From assembly GCA_964016885.1 (NCBI GenBank), contig OZ024740.1, positions 377,518,001 through 377,582,000 on the forward strand: 64,000 nt of DNA, given 5' to 3'. The notes beneath the pieces were generated by a model. The model did not search any database. It was not told where the DNA came from and was given only the letters and a program-made list of their open reading frames with translations. Both the position numbers and the translations under genes were made by a program. Positions within the stretch are counted from its first letter, which is position 1. Each line of letters starts with the position of its first letter. The DNA comes from Eledone cirrhosa. Taxonomy: Eukaryota. Shown here piece by piece: positions 12,894-26,000 of this stretch.

Positions 12894-15800
12894 GAAAAAG
12901 CCTTAGGGTTTTTTATTATTGAAAAAGCCTTAGGGTCTGTGTGGCAGCGGAAAACGCACATCACCCGAGGCAAGAAATATGCCACCGTAGACGTGCTTTT
13001 TGCCACACCCCAGGAGGCAAAGGCTCAATCCTTAGTGACCCTAAGGAGCGAGGAGATGGTGTTGGTGCCCTCCTACTGCGGGCAAAAAATGTTGAGGGTC
13101 ATACTAACCCACGTCCCCCCACCCCCGGATGGCCCCTTCTTTGCTGGCCGCGTCTGTCCTCGTCGGAATCGGGGACAAAACAACTGTACTGCAAGTACAG
13201 AAAAAAGTAAGAGAAGATTGGGTCGGCACCTCCATTGAGATGTTAATCCAAACCAACCAGGAGTGCATCGAAGCTATCCCGGATGTGATAGACTTCGATA
13301 ACGGCACTCAACTGCCCATAAGTGTTGAGGGCAAACGCCCGAAATGCTTTCGCTGTGGATAGAAGACTCACCTCAGGGCCTTCTGCAACGAGAAGACCCT
13401 GAGAAAGGAGAAAACCCCCCTCCTTCCGAAACCGGCTCCACGGCTACCAGCAACAGGACAAGCGGCAACCAGGAACTATAGGTCCGTGGCACCCATACCC
13501 ACGCCACGAAAATCAAAAGCAGCAGCAGCAGTGGAAGTATTAACAACAACAACAGTAATACCAAATGCAGCTCCAACAGAGACTCCACTGCAAACATCAC
13601 CAACAACAACAAGTGAAAGAGTGGAGCTGGTACCCCTCCCCGACCTCACAGAATCAGACATGGAGTGTGAGGTGGGAGAGGGATGGCAAAAGGTCGTAAG
13701 AAGGCACAAACGCAGAAGCAGCGCATCGTCGCCTTCGAAAAGGGAGGAAAGAAATGAAAAAAGGGTAAAGGCTACTGCAAAGAGACTCACAGCAGCAACA
13801 CCAGCAACACCATCACCACCCACACTAGTACCACCATCACCACCGGCGACAACCCCACCGCCAACAACAACAACACCTTCAACACCACCACCACAAGCAC
13901 CAACATCGCAAACACAACAACAAAACACATACACCCAGCAACAACGACAAGAAAATAGCAGAACCACACCCCACCCCCAGAAAAACAAATGCACGGCAAT
14001 AAATACACACAACAAGAAACTAATGACTTACATAATTGAACACACAGACATTTCACAGCACGACTACATAATACCAGCACCAATCAAAACGCCAACGAAC
14101 ATAAGACTGGTAAAAATAGCACAGAAACAATACACAAACATTAAAACGAAATTCCCCAACGCAGTTGGTGATTTCAGAGACCTAGGAGGGACTCTCAACC
14201 GTAGAGTATATTCGGACATACTCATAGAAGAGACGACGACCAGCCGAAGGGACGATTCAACGGTCCCTTCACCAGACGATCAAGTGAAAAGGGATGCAGA
14301 AACCATCCTTCCTCTACGAAAAGTACGGTAAGTGGTCTTTCCCAGTAGCAAAACAGTGCGAAGCATTTACGGTAACCCAGGAGGAATTAGAAAATGCCAA
14401 AAAAATGGTAAAGAAAGATGGGTACAGGGTCAGCTCTCCTACCCACCCCAGTGAATCAACCATCAACACCACCAGTAGCAGAGATGGCAGCAACAACAGA
14501 AGCAACTATAACAGCAACAACCCCAGCAACAGTAGCAAAACCAACACCACCACCACCAGCAAAACCAACACCACCACCACTCAACGCTTCAGAACTAGCA
14601 CCAGCACCTACACCATCCACCACGCCACAACCAAAACTAACGCCTGTGGAGGATTTTCCACTCCCCGGCCTATCACAACTGGAGACAGATTGTGACGACG
14701 GGGAGTGGGAGACGGTATCAGGAAAAAAGAAAAAAAGAAACCAAAAAAGAAGAAATCCTCTTCCTTCCCCCTCCAAAATCAAAATACAGGGGGAAACAAA
14801 TAAATTAACAAACAAAAAAGGTAGGACAGATATACCACCATCCACACCAGCATCACCAACCCCATCACCCCAAACACCAACACCATCACCATCATTAACC
14901 CCAATACCACCATCACCTACACCACAAAAGTCACCAAAATGCGAAACAGAAACAAACCCACAACAAACGCAAACAATACAAAACAACCAAAACGATACAC
15001 ACTACACAGCATTAAATTTGAACAACAAGCAATTATTACACTACATTCAACTCAACACCAGCATCACAGAAAAAGACTACACAACAACCCAAAAATTCAC
15101 ACCACCTCCACACATACAATTCACTCGCATCACACAGAAAACGTACATGACACTAAAACAAAAATTCCCCAAAGACATCGGAGACTTCCGACAAGCACTC
15201 TCCAGGAGGATTTATAAGGACATCCTTCCTGAGGAGGCCACAAGCAGTGAAAAGGATGGAAAAACCGTCCTTCCTCTACGAGAAGTAAGGTAAGTGGTCT
15301 TTCCCATCTTTTCCACTCCTTTTCAACATGACCTCACTCAGAATAGGCAGCATAAATGCGCGTGGCTTGGGGTCGTCATGGAAGCAGGGCCACCTGCTCA
15401 ACGACCTCAGGTCACTAAACATAGATGTAATGGCCATCAGCGAGACCAGAATCTCCGAAGCATGGGCCTTCGCACCGATCTTCGGCAGCTACGATGTGTA
15501 CGCATCTCCCAGCCGTCCGGGATCGGGGGGAGGAGTTGCTGTGCTTTTTCGGAGAGGTTTGGATCTCGCCATACGGGCCATCCCCCTGGACCCAGAAGGT
15601 AAGCTGGTGGTGCTGGACGTGACCAGCGGAGACGGGCAAGCTTTCAGGTTAGTGGCCGTCTATGCCCCGACGGGAGCAGGGCGGCCTGATTTCTTCCGGC
15701 GTCTGGAGACCTTTCTTGGAACGTCCCGCTCTTTAGTGTTAGTGGGCGACTGGAACGGGATCTTAGATGCACGCTGGGATTGTGTGGGATTAGTGGATAG

Positions 15801-18601
15801 GGAAGGAGGGTGCAAGAGTCTCACCAACCTGCTCAGGCGTTTTGAACTGTCTGACAGGTACCGAATGGATTTCCCGAATGTACCAGTGTGGACTTGGACA
15901 AATCGCATAGGGTCATCCAGATCATATCTAGATAGAGTATTTTGTAGGGAAATAGATAGGTCTAGCATAGGCTGTCCACAATTCAAGATAGTCAGCTACA
16001 CGGACCATAAATTCGGGATATGTGTGCTTGACTTAGATAGGCTTCATAGACGAGGACCCGGCTACTGGAAGCTAAACGCGTCCTTACCAGCGCGCATGGC
16101 CTACAGAGACCGGATTAGCGAACTAGTTAAGCGGGCGGTGACGGGGGCCATCGTCAACAAGTAGTGGTTTGCTCTGAAAAGAGCAATTAGAATAGAGTCC
16201 ATTAGGTTTAGTAAGGCTTTAGCAATAGAGAAAAATAGAGCAGAAGGAGAATTAGTTAGAAAATTAGACGAGGCGCTTAGCAAAGGCATCGCGACCGACG
16301 TACTTGCGGCGAAACTGGCCCTTGACCAATTCTTCAATGCAAAGCACGAAGGCTGCGTTGTCAGAGCTAGGGTGCGTGCTCTCAGACACGAGGGGACGAA
16401 AGCCTGGCAACAGAACGGGAGAATTCCCAGCTCTGTGAGCCGAGGAGCGGTGGCGCTGCTGAGAAAGGATCCGAACAAGGGGGATAACATAGATAATTTT
16501 AGGCCCATAACTCTGCTAAACACAGAGTTCAAGATTTTGGCCAAGGTGCTAGCAAAGAGGTTGGCGCTTGTCGTTAGTGGTCTGGTGGGAGAGGCGCAGG
16601 CATGCGCCATTTCCGACAGATCCATCCATGCGATACATCGTAGAGAGGGAACCTGGCACGGGTGGGAACCTGGCACGGGTGGGTCCTTGATCAATTTAGA
16701 TCAGTCGAAAGCTTTCGATATGGTCGACCATCGTTACCTAGCGGCAGTCCTGAGGGCGGCTGGCTTTGGGCCCGTCTTCAGAGGCTGGATCGCTGCCATG
16801 CACAGCGACATCTGCTCTGTGGTGAGAGTGAACGGTCACCTTTCGGAACCGTTCAACATCATGCGCTCGGTCTGCCAAGGATACCCCTCTCGTCCCTCTT
16901 GTACGTATTGACTCTAGAGCCATTACTGCACAAACTGGAGACGTTGAAGGGGGTCCCGCGCGAACTAGGATGCGGAAGATCCGTGTCAGCATATGCGGAC
17001 GATGTCACCGTAGTGGTGTCGAACGCCAAACACATCGAGGCGATCGGCACTACACTAAGAGAATACGAAGCGGTGACAGGAGCAATGATGAACCAGGAAA
17101 AGTCAGTGGGCCTGCAGCTCGGCCCCTGGAGAGGCAGGTCTATGCCGTCCAACAGCGTCGTCGGGTGCTGGACCGACGGAGTAGTTAAATTGCTCGGGGT
17201 CTGGTTCGGTCCGGATCTCCAGACGGACAAAAACTGGGACGAGGTGACGAGCAGGGGGGCTTCTCTCACCCAGAAATGGGCCGAGAGGAAGCTATCCCTG
17301 AAAGGTCGAGCGGAGGTGGCTAACGCGTATATCGCGTCCGTCATCTACTACCGCCTGACCGTCGTACCTTGTTCTAAGCCCCGCCTGACTGCGCTGGAGC
17401 GTTTGCTCTTTCGCTTTTTGTGGAAGGGACGCGCTCCGATGGTCAGGCGGTCCATCTGCTGTCAACACCCGCTACGTGGAGGGCTGGGCATGCTGTGGCT
17501 GATGATGCGCAGACACGCGCTCAGACTACGTCATCTCCACCTCTTCCTCGACGGTGATCAGGTGTGGTCGCCGTTTGCTAGACACGTTTTTCCCCAGCTC
17601 GTCTCCTTGACGGAGCTGCAGTCCTGGGTCAAGCGAAGACCGAGAGGGAGCGCTTGGAGACTGGAATGTCTTCAGGCGCTCACAGCCCTCGACCAATCGG
17701 GCAATGTGATCGGTGGAAACTCCACCTTGGCGTTCTATAGGGGATTAGTGGAGGGGAAGAGCGACGACGTACTTGGAGAAACTCTAGGCGTCGACGAAAA
17801 TCAACTAGCCAATCTCTTCGGAAGGACTTTCGGGCCGGGGCCTATGGACAACTTCCAGAAATCCCTGGCCTGGCAGTGCTACCGAGGAGCTTTGCCAGTT
17901 CGGGATAAACTCTACAGGCATGGAGGTGCCGTCAGCCGGACATGTCCGAGATGCGCGCAGGGCGACGAAACCGTCCTGCACGCACTCGTCCAGTGTCCGA
18001 GCATTGCTGACTTGTGGGTTTATGTCGAACACCTGCTGTCACGTGTAGGACGGATCCAGCTATCAGCTGAGTCCATCGTGAGGATTGCCCCGCCCCCTTC
18101 CTTTAGCCTGGAAGGGCAGGCAGTTTTTATCTGTCTGGTGGCCATGGCGAAAGAGATAGTATGGTGGACACGTTTGAAAGGGCTGAAGACGAGCACTTAC
18201 CTCTTCGGTGATGCCCTGATTAACTATTTCAAATTTCATTTGAAAAGGAAAATCAGGGTAGAGAGGGAAGTGCTCTCTTCCCAGCATTTTGTTGAAAGAT
18301 GGGTGAGAGAAGCAAGTATGGCCCGAATGAATGGGCCTTCTCTGAGTATGTGTCTGTAAATTAAAGGTGGAAAACTGGGAGAGGGCACTTGCCCTGGTGG
18401 TCAGGGCCACTGTGGTCTTTTAATGGGCTTTCTCCACAAATGTCCCTTGGAAGTCTCCCCCCTATTGGGGAATTTTTCTTTGTTATTTTATTTCAACCTC
18501 TGTTTTTTTACACGCAGAAATGCCCATTTGTACCGTCCTGTATTGTCCTGTACTGTCCTTAATGTCTACTTTATGTGAACCCTTGTGGTTAATAAAGAAA
18601 A

Positions 18602-18602
<1 letters not shown>
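12894..18602 (+). mobile_element. Tx1-like composite element T2 (two ORF1 segments plus internally deleted ORF2)
   Basis: ORF1a fragments 12921-14331 (EGKRPKCFRCG), ORF1b 14345-15293, ORF2 15328-18359, and a 3'UTR ending AACCCTTGTGGTTAATAAAGAAAAC then (ATT)n. Confidence 0.88.
15328..18359 (+). pseudogene. T2 ORF2 (APE-RT-zinc), disrupted, ~375 bp deletion near 16403
   Basis: GSINARG, YAPT, GDWN, SYLDR, TDH, FRPITLLN, YADD, CPRC-x8-H-x4-C. EGTKA is fused directly to WQQNG, whereas T1 has 4975-5348 between these. Confidence 0.9.
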
Positions 18603-18646
<44 letters not shown>

Positions 18647-18906
18647 GGGGTGCTCTCCCTGGGTGCCCTAGAAGCGCAGAGTTGTTCAGGATTGGTGGGG
18701 TACCTGAGTCACGCCAGGGTCGTCCACCCCCTGTCGGGGAATTTATTTTGTTATATTTATGCATAGTTTATTTTATATTTTTTATATCTTCATTGTTAAA
18801 TTGGTCTTGCCATTGTGCACTTTTGCTCGACCTTGTTGTAAACCCCACTATCCCTGTCTTTGTATTGTTTTCTACCTGACGGCCCGTGTGGCTAATAAAT
18901 GATATC
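18647..18906 (+). mobile_element. Tx1-like 3'UTR-only fragment (T1-type subfamily)
   Basis: Similar to T1 3'UTR 7323-7575; ends GGCCCGTGTGGCTAATAAATGATATC then (ATT)n. Confidence 0.8.
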
Positions 18907-18951
18907 ATTATTATTATTATTATTATTATTATTAATATTATTATTATTATT

Positions 18952-21160
18952 GTTCTTTGAGTCTCAGTCATTGATGTTAGTTAACTGGAAAGTTTGTTGA
19001 AATAAATATCAAGGGACTACCTGCAGCCTCAGATATTCAAACGTATCGGAGGGTTCTTGTTGTTCCCAGCAAGCATGCCTTTTGAAGTGTTCCAAAAAGC
19101 GGGGCGGGGCTAATTTTCTTTAACCATCCTTGGAAACTCTTTGAGATAGTACCTAGTGAGCCTATGACAATCGGGACCACTTTGACTTCATGGCAGTTCC
19201 AAATCCTTTTTACCTCCCACTTTAAGTCCTGGTATCGGTTAATTTTCTCCCTCTCCTTCTCTTGCACTCTCGTGTCGAATGGGCAGACCACATCCCCAAT
19301 CAGGCACGATCTTTTTTCCTTGTCCAAAACCACCAGGTCAGGTCTATTGTGTTTCAATTTCTTGTCCGTCTGTATCCTAAAATCCCACAGCACCTTCACC
19401 TGAACGTTTTCTATCACCGACTCTGGCTTATGCTCATACCACTTCTCAGAATGTGGTAAATTATTTACTTTGCATAGGTGCCAGTGGATCACCCTGCCCA
19501 TCACATCATGTCCCCAGCCCTTATAGTGAGTCTGGGCTAGGTGTTTACACTCGGATACAATGTGAGCCACAGTCCCCTCTCTCTCTCCACAGATCCTGCA
19601 CAGTGGGCTAGCTTCCTCCTTGTAAATATGGTGTTTCAACCACTTCGTTTTGAGGGCCTGCTCTTGCGCAGCCATTAGCATTCCTTCTGTAGCCTTTTTA
19701 AGGTCTCCTCTTTTCAACCAGTTCCATGTCTGTGGATCTCTGAATTCAGTTTTCTCAAAGAAGGTACTATGAAGGGATTTTTCATGAAGGCTGCTCTTTC
19801 TCCTTGTTGTTATTTCCTCCTTGGATATCCCCTGTTCTATTGTCCTCTCCTTCAGTACAATTCTGAGCATTGGTTCCTTATTATCAGTCACCTATTTGTG
19901 TAGGTTGATTTTCTCCATCTGAACACAGTCCTCTATGCTGATAAGACCTCTTCCACCTTCAGATCTCCTTAAGTAGAGTCTATCGACATCACTCCTCTTG
20001 TGGAACATGTTGTAGATAGTCAATAGCTTCCTAGTCTTCGTATCCATTTCTTTTTGTTCAGCAACATTCCATCTCAGAATTCCCGCACTGTACCTAATAA
20101 TAGACACAGCTCGGGAATTTACAGCACTTATGGCATTCCTACTGTTCAGATGTGACTTTAATACGCTCCTTACTCTCCGAATGTATTCAGATCTTATCAA
20201 TTCCTTCATTTTTTTGTTCTTGATGTCATCTGCCTCCAGAACACCCAAATACTTGTATCCTTCTTCAGTGTCAATTTCCTTTATCATCTCACCTGTTGGT
20301 ACATGGATTCCGTTGCTTCTGCTCAATTTACCCCACTTCATCACAAGGACTCCACACTTACTAATACCAAATTGCATACATATATCATTGCTGAAAATAC
20401 GGACAGTGTCAACAAGCATATCCAACTCCTTCTCACTCTTCCCGAAGAGCTTAAGATCGTCCATGCAGAGGAGGTGATTGATGGTAAGCTCTCCTTTTAC
20501 TAACTTGTATCCTGCTCTCACTTTTCGCAGTATAATGGTCAGGGGCATCAGGGCAAGGACAAACAACAGAGGAGGACAGACTCTCTCCCTGGAAGATACC
20601 TCTCTTGATCTTCACGCCTCCCAAGGATTCTCCAGCTGATGTTAACTCTGTTTTCCAGGACTTCATACTTTTGCCCAACAACTGTCTGATGTTATCTGCC
20701 ACCTTGAAGATCTCTAGGCTTTTGGCGATCCAAGAATGAGGCACCATGTCAAATGCCTTTTTGTAGTCTATCCATCCCATGGCAAGACCAGTGTGTCTCC
20801 TCTTGCAATTCCTCATTACCATCTTATCAATAAGTAACTGGTCCTTTGTACCACGGGACTTCTTTCGGCATCCTTTCTGTTCGTCCGGTAACAAGTTGTT
20901 TGTGTGGAGGTGATGGTAGATTTCCTCAGACATAATGCTTGTCAACAGTTTCCACATTACGGACAGACATGTGATAGGTCTATAGTTGGTAACATCATTA
21001 CCCTTGATTCGGTCTTTCATTACCAGAACTTGGTACCTTTTGTCAACCACTCTGGTACCTCACCTGACATCAAGCAGTCATTGAACATGGTTGTCAGTTT
21101 CGGGTGGAGGGATGTTATATTTTTAATCCAATACCCCTGCACACTATCTGGACCTAGTGA
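18952..21160 (-). mobile_element. R4/Dong-like family A copy A3 (5'-truncated; RT, zinc, RLE)
   Basis: ORFs 20451-21050, 19892-20566 and 19037-19891 with [21 protein letters not shown]...EC and NRPD. Flanked by (TTA)n. Confidence 0.9.
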
Positions 21161-21194
21161 TTATTATTATTATTATTATTATTATTATTGTTAT

Positions 21195-22497
21195 TCCTTG
21201 AATGTCAGTCATTGATGTTGGTTAACTGGAAAGTCCGTTGGAATGAATATCAAGCCACTACCTGCAGCCTCAGATATTCAGGACGTATCGGAGGGTTCTT
21301 GCTGTTCCAAGCAAGCATGCCTTTTGAAGCGTTCCAAAAAGCGTGAAGGGGCCGATTTTCTTTAACCATCCCTGGAAACTTTTGGAGATAGTCCCCAGTG
21401 CGCCTATGACAATCGGGATCACTTTGACTTCATGGCTGTTCCAAATCCTTTTCACCTCCCACTTTAGGTCCTGGTATCGGTTAATTTTCTCCCTCTCCTT
21501 CTCTTGCACTCTCGTGTCGAAAGGGCAGGCCACATCCACAATCAGACACGATCTTTTTTCTTTGTCCACAACCACCAGGTCAGGTCTATTGTGTTCCAGT
21601 TTTTTGTCCGTCTGTATCCTAAAATCCCACAGCACCTTCACCTGATTGTTCTCCATCACCGCCTCTGGCCTATGCTCATACCATTTCTCAGAATGTGGTA
21701 AATTGTTTACTTTGCACAGGTGCCAGTGGATCACCCTGCCCATCACATCGTGTCTCCAGCCCTTATAGTGGGTCTGGGCTAAGTGTTTACACTCGGTCAC
21801 AATGTGAGCCACAGTCTCCTCTCTCTCTCCACAGATCCTGCACAGTAGGCTAGCCTCCTCCTTGTAAATATGGTGCTTCAACCACTTCGTTTTGAGGGCC
21901 TGCTCCTGCGCAGCCATTAGCATTCCTTCTGTAGCCTTTTTGAGGTCTCCTCTTCTCAACCAGTTCCATGTCTGTGGATCTCTAAATTCAGTTTTCTCAA
22001 AGAAGGTACTATGAAGGGATTTTCCCTTAAGGCTGCTCTTCCTCCTTGATGTTATTTCCTCCTTGGACATCCCCTGGCCTACTGTCCCCTCCTTCAGTAC
22101 AGTTCTGAGCATTGGCTCCTTACTATAGGTCACGTATTTGTATAGGTTGTTTTTCTCCATCTGAACACAGTCCTCTATGCTGATAAGATCTCTTCCACCC
22201 TCAGATCTCCTTAGGTAGAGTCTATCGACATCACTCCTCTTGTGGAACATGTTGTAGATAGTCAATAGCTTCCTGGTCTTCCTATCCATTTCTTTTTGTT
22301 CAGCAACATTCCATCTCAGAATTCCCGCACTGTACCTAATAATAGACACAGCTCGGGAATTTACTGCGCTTATGGCATTTCTGCTGTTCAGATGTGACTT
22401 CAATACGCTCCTTACTCTCCGAATGTATTCAGTTCTTAACAATTCCTTCATTTTTTTTGTTCTTTATGCCATCAGCCTCCAGAACGACCAAATACTT
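21195..22497 (-). mobile_element. R4/Dong-like family A copy A4 (5'-truncated; uninterrupted 393-aa C-terminal frame)
   Basis: ORF 21270-22451 (thumb, CCHC, RHD, PD..D). Nearly identical to the 3' part of A5. Confidence 0.9.
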
Positions 22498-22606
22498 TTA
22501 TTATTATTATTATTATTATTGTTATTGTTATTCCTTGAATCTCAGTCATTGATGTTGGTTAACTGGAAAGTCCGTTGGATTGAATATCAAGCCACTACCT
22601 GCAGCC

Positions 22607-25600
22607 TCAGATATTCAGGACGTATCGGAGGGTTCTTGCCGTTCCAAGCAAGCATGCCTTTTGAAGCGTTCCAAAAAGCGTGAAGGGGCCGATTTTCTTT
22701 AACCATCCCTGGAAACCTTTGGAGATAGTCCCCAGTGCGCCTATGACAATCGGGATCACTTTGACTTCATGGCAGTTCCAAATCCTTTTCACCTCCCACT
22801 TTAGGTCCTGGTATCGGTTAATTTTCTCCCTCTCCTTCTCTTGCACTCTCGTGTCGAACGGGCAGGCCACATCCACAATCAGGCACGATCTTTTTTCTTT
22901 GTCCACAACCACCAGGTCAGGTCTATTGTGTTCCAGTTTTTTGTCCGTCTGTATCCTAAAATCCCACAGCACCTTCACCTGACTGTTCTCCATCACCGCC
23001 TCTGGCCTATGCTCATACCATTTCTCAGAATGTGGTAGATTGTTTACTTTGCACAGGTGCCAGTGGATCACCCTGCCCATCACATCGTGTCTCCAGCCCT
23101 TATAGTGGGTCTGGGCTAGGTGTTTACACTCGGACACAATGTGAGCCACAGTCTCCTCTCTCTCTCTCCACAGATCCTGCACAGTGGGCTAGCCTCCTCC
23201 TTGTAGATATGGTGCTTCAACCACTTCGTTTTGAGGGCCTGCTCCTGCGCAGCCATTAGCATTCCTTCTGTAGCCTTTTTGAGGTCTCCTCTTCTCAACC
23301 AGTTCTATGTCTGTGGATCTCTAAATTCAGTTTTCTCAAAGAAGGTACTATGAAGGGATTTTCCCTTAAGGCTGCTCTTCCTGCTTGATGTTATTTCCTC
23401 CTTGGATATCCCCTGGCCTACTGTCCCCTCCTTCAGTACAGCTCTGAGCATTGGCTCCTTACTATAGGTCACGTATTTGTATAGGTTGTTTTTCTCCATC
23501 TGAACACAGTCCTCTATGCTGATAAGACCTCTTCCACCCTCAGATCTCCTTAGGTAGAGTCTATCGACATCACTCCTCTTGTGGAACATGTTGTAGATAG
23601 TCAATAGCTTCCTCGTCTTCCTATCCATTTCTTTTTGTTCAGCAACATTCCATCTCAGAATTCCCGCACTGTACCTAATAATAGACACAGCTCGGGAATT
23701 TACTGCGCTTATGGCATTTCTGCTGTTCAGATGTGACTTCAATACGCTCCTTACTCTCCGAATGTATTCAGTTCTTAACAATTCCTTCATTTTTTTGTTC
23801 TTTATGCCATCAGCCTCCAGAACGCCCAAATACTTGTATCCTTCCTCAGAGTCAATTTCCTTTATCATCTCACCTGTTGGTATCTGGATCCCGTTACTTC
23901 TGCTCAACCTACCCCTCCTCATCACAATGACTCCACATTTACCAATACCAAACTGCATACATATATCACTGCTGAAAATACGGACAGTGTCAACAAGCAC
24001 ATCCAACTCCTTCTCACTTTTCCCGAAGAGCTTAAGATCGTCCATGAAGAGGAGGTGATTGATGGTAAGCTCTCCCCTTCCCAACTTGTATCCTGCTCTC
24101 ACTTTTCGCAGCATAATGGTCAAGGGCATCAGGGCAAGGATAAACAACAGAGGGGACAGGCTATCTCCCTGGAAGATACCTCTCTTGATCTTCACGCTTC
24201 CCAAGGATACTCCAGTTGATGTCAACTCTGTCTCCCAGGACCCCATACTCCTGCCCAGCAACTGTCTGATGTTATCTGCCACCCTGAAGATCTCCAGGCT
24301 TTTGGTGATCCAGGAATGAGGCACCATGTCAAATGCCTTTCTGTAGTCTATCCATCCCATGGCAAGATCAGTGTGTCTCCTCCTGCAATTCCCCATTACC
24401 ATCTTATCAATAAGCAACTGGTCCTTTGTACCACGTGACTTCTTCGGCATCCTTTCTGTTCGTCCGGCAACAAGTTGTTTGTGTGGAGGTGATGGTAGAT
24501 TTCCTCAGACACAATGCTCGTCAACAGTTTCCACATTACGGGCAGACATGTGATAGGTCTATAGTTGGTAACATCATTACCCTTGATTCGGTCTTTCATT
24601 ATCAGAACTGTGGTACCTTTTGTCAACCACTCTGGCACCTCACCCGACACCAAGCAGTCATTGAACATGGCCGTCAGCTTCGGGTGGAGGGATGTTAAAT
24701 GTTTAATCCAATACCCCTGCACACCATCTGGGCCTGGTGATTTCCAGTTGGTTAGTTTTTTGGCTTGCCCCTTAAGAGTTTCAACTGTGATACTCAAATC
24801 AGTCTGTTGCTGTGCCTGCTCACCGATCTCCCTCTGTACTGTCTCAATCCACCCTGCCTGGGCATTGTGTCTAACATCCTGCTCCCATATTCCTCTCCAG
24901 AATGTTTTAGCTTGTTCCGCCCCAGGGATCAAGTCGTTGCCTCTTTCTTTCCCCTCAAGCTGTCCAAACAGCATCTTCTGGTTGTTGTCGAACATGCGGT
25001 TCTGTTTATACTGACTGACTCTGTTCTCGTATCGCCTGATTTTGGCACTCTTTGCTACAATGCGTTGCTTCAATTCCTCTATGATAATATTTAGCTTTTT
25101 ACTCCTAGTTTTGTATTTTATTTCCAGTCTATTTTTAGTGCCTATGTTTTTTAGTGTCCCATTCAGTAGTGACTCAAGCTTTCCTATGTCATTTCTCATT
25201 TCCCCGATTTGCCCACTCAGTCGCTTCTTCCACCACGGCTCTGCTCTTTCTTGTCTGTTGTTTCCTCTCGCTTTTATACCAAGTAGTTTCCTCACCGTAT
25301 TTGCTGTTGCTTTGAGGATATTGTTGCACTGGTGAAGACTCCTCGCCTCAAGGTATGGGATGACTTTGTTTACCTTAGCTGTTGTTTCTTTTAACTTTTT
25401 CCTGTCTACAAATCTTAGGTTCATAGGTCTCCCACTATCATTGTTCAACTCATCTACCACTAAATTTAGGATGTCAACCGAATCTTGTCCTAGCCCGTCA
25501 GCATTCATCTCCTCAGTGGCCGTATCTCTGTTCCAGGTATTATTTATCTCAGTATTCAGATCATTGTCTGCTTCGGGTGGTTCCTCCGTTCTCAGGACCT

Positions 25601-26000
25601 CCTCACCTTCATTTCCCGCCGGCTCGCTTGTCTGGCATACTACACCCGCCATCTCCAAGCCATTCTCTCTGCTCAGTTCCTCCAGTTCCAGCTCGCTTAT
25701 CCACCCATTAGTTCTTATTACCCGAGCCTGCCCGGCCAATTTTTGTTCATCTAATTTAAATAAACCAATCTCGTTCCAGATGTTATGCATCCGTCTCCTG
25801 TAGCCCCTCTCCTTGGGGTTACTTTTCAGGTAGCATTGCATAACAGTTCTATTCAATTCTTTCGTCCAGTTGGTTCTGGCCCCTTTCCTTCTTCTTCTTC
25901 CTCCAACATCAGCAGTATTTGGTTGACAGTCAGGTTCCTGCTGCTGAGCCAGGGGGCACCTGTTGGGTGAGAGTCTGTCACATGACGTTCTAGTCTCCAT
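22607..26000 (-). pseudogene. A5 single ORF (~1130 aa): N-terminal Myb-like region, RT, CCHC, RLE; three lesions
   Basis: RTNWTKELNRTVMQCY..GYRRRMHNIW N-terminus, [37 protein letters not shown]. Frameshift ~24440, stop 23305, frameshift in a CT run ~23160. Confidence 0.9.

Noticed and set aside
1773-18410. Long antisense ORFs over the Tx1 elements (hydrophobic V/L/G-rich)
   Set aside because: They are shadow frames of the A/C-rich sense ORFs with no recognisable domains.
1-18602. The order B-A-T occurs twice (1-7575 and 9688-18602), suggesting a segmental duplication
   Set aside because: Truncation points differ (B1 vs B2, A1 vs A2) and T1 and T2 are clearly different subfamilies, so independent insertions fit better.
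3896-26000. Prokaryotic RT systems (retron, DGR, group II intron)
   Set aside because: The RTs carry APE or RLE endonucleases and non-LTR architecture in a spliceosomal-intron context.
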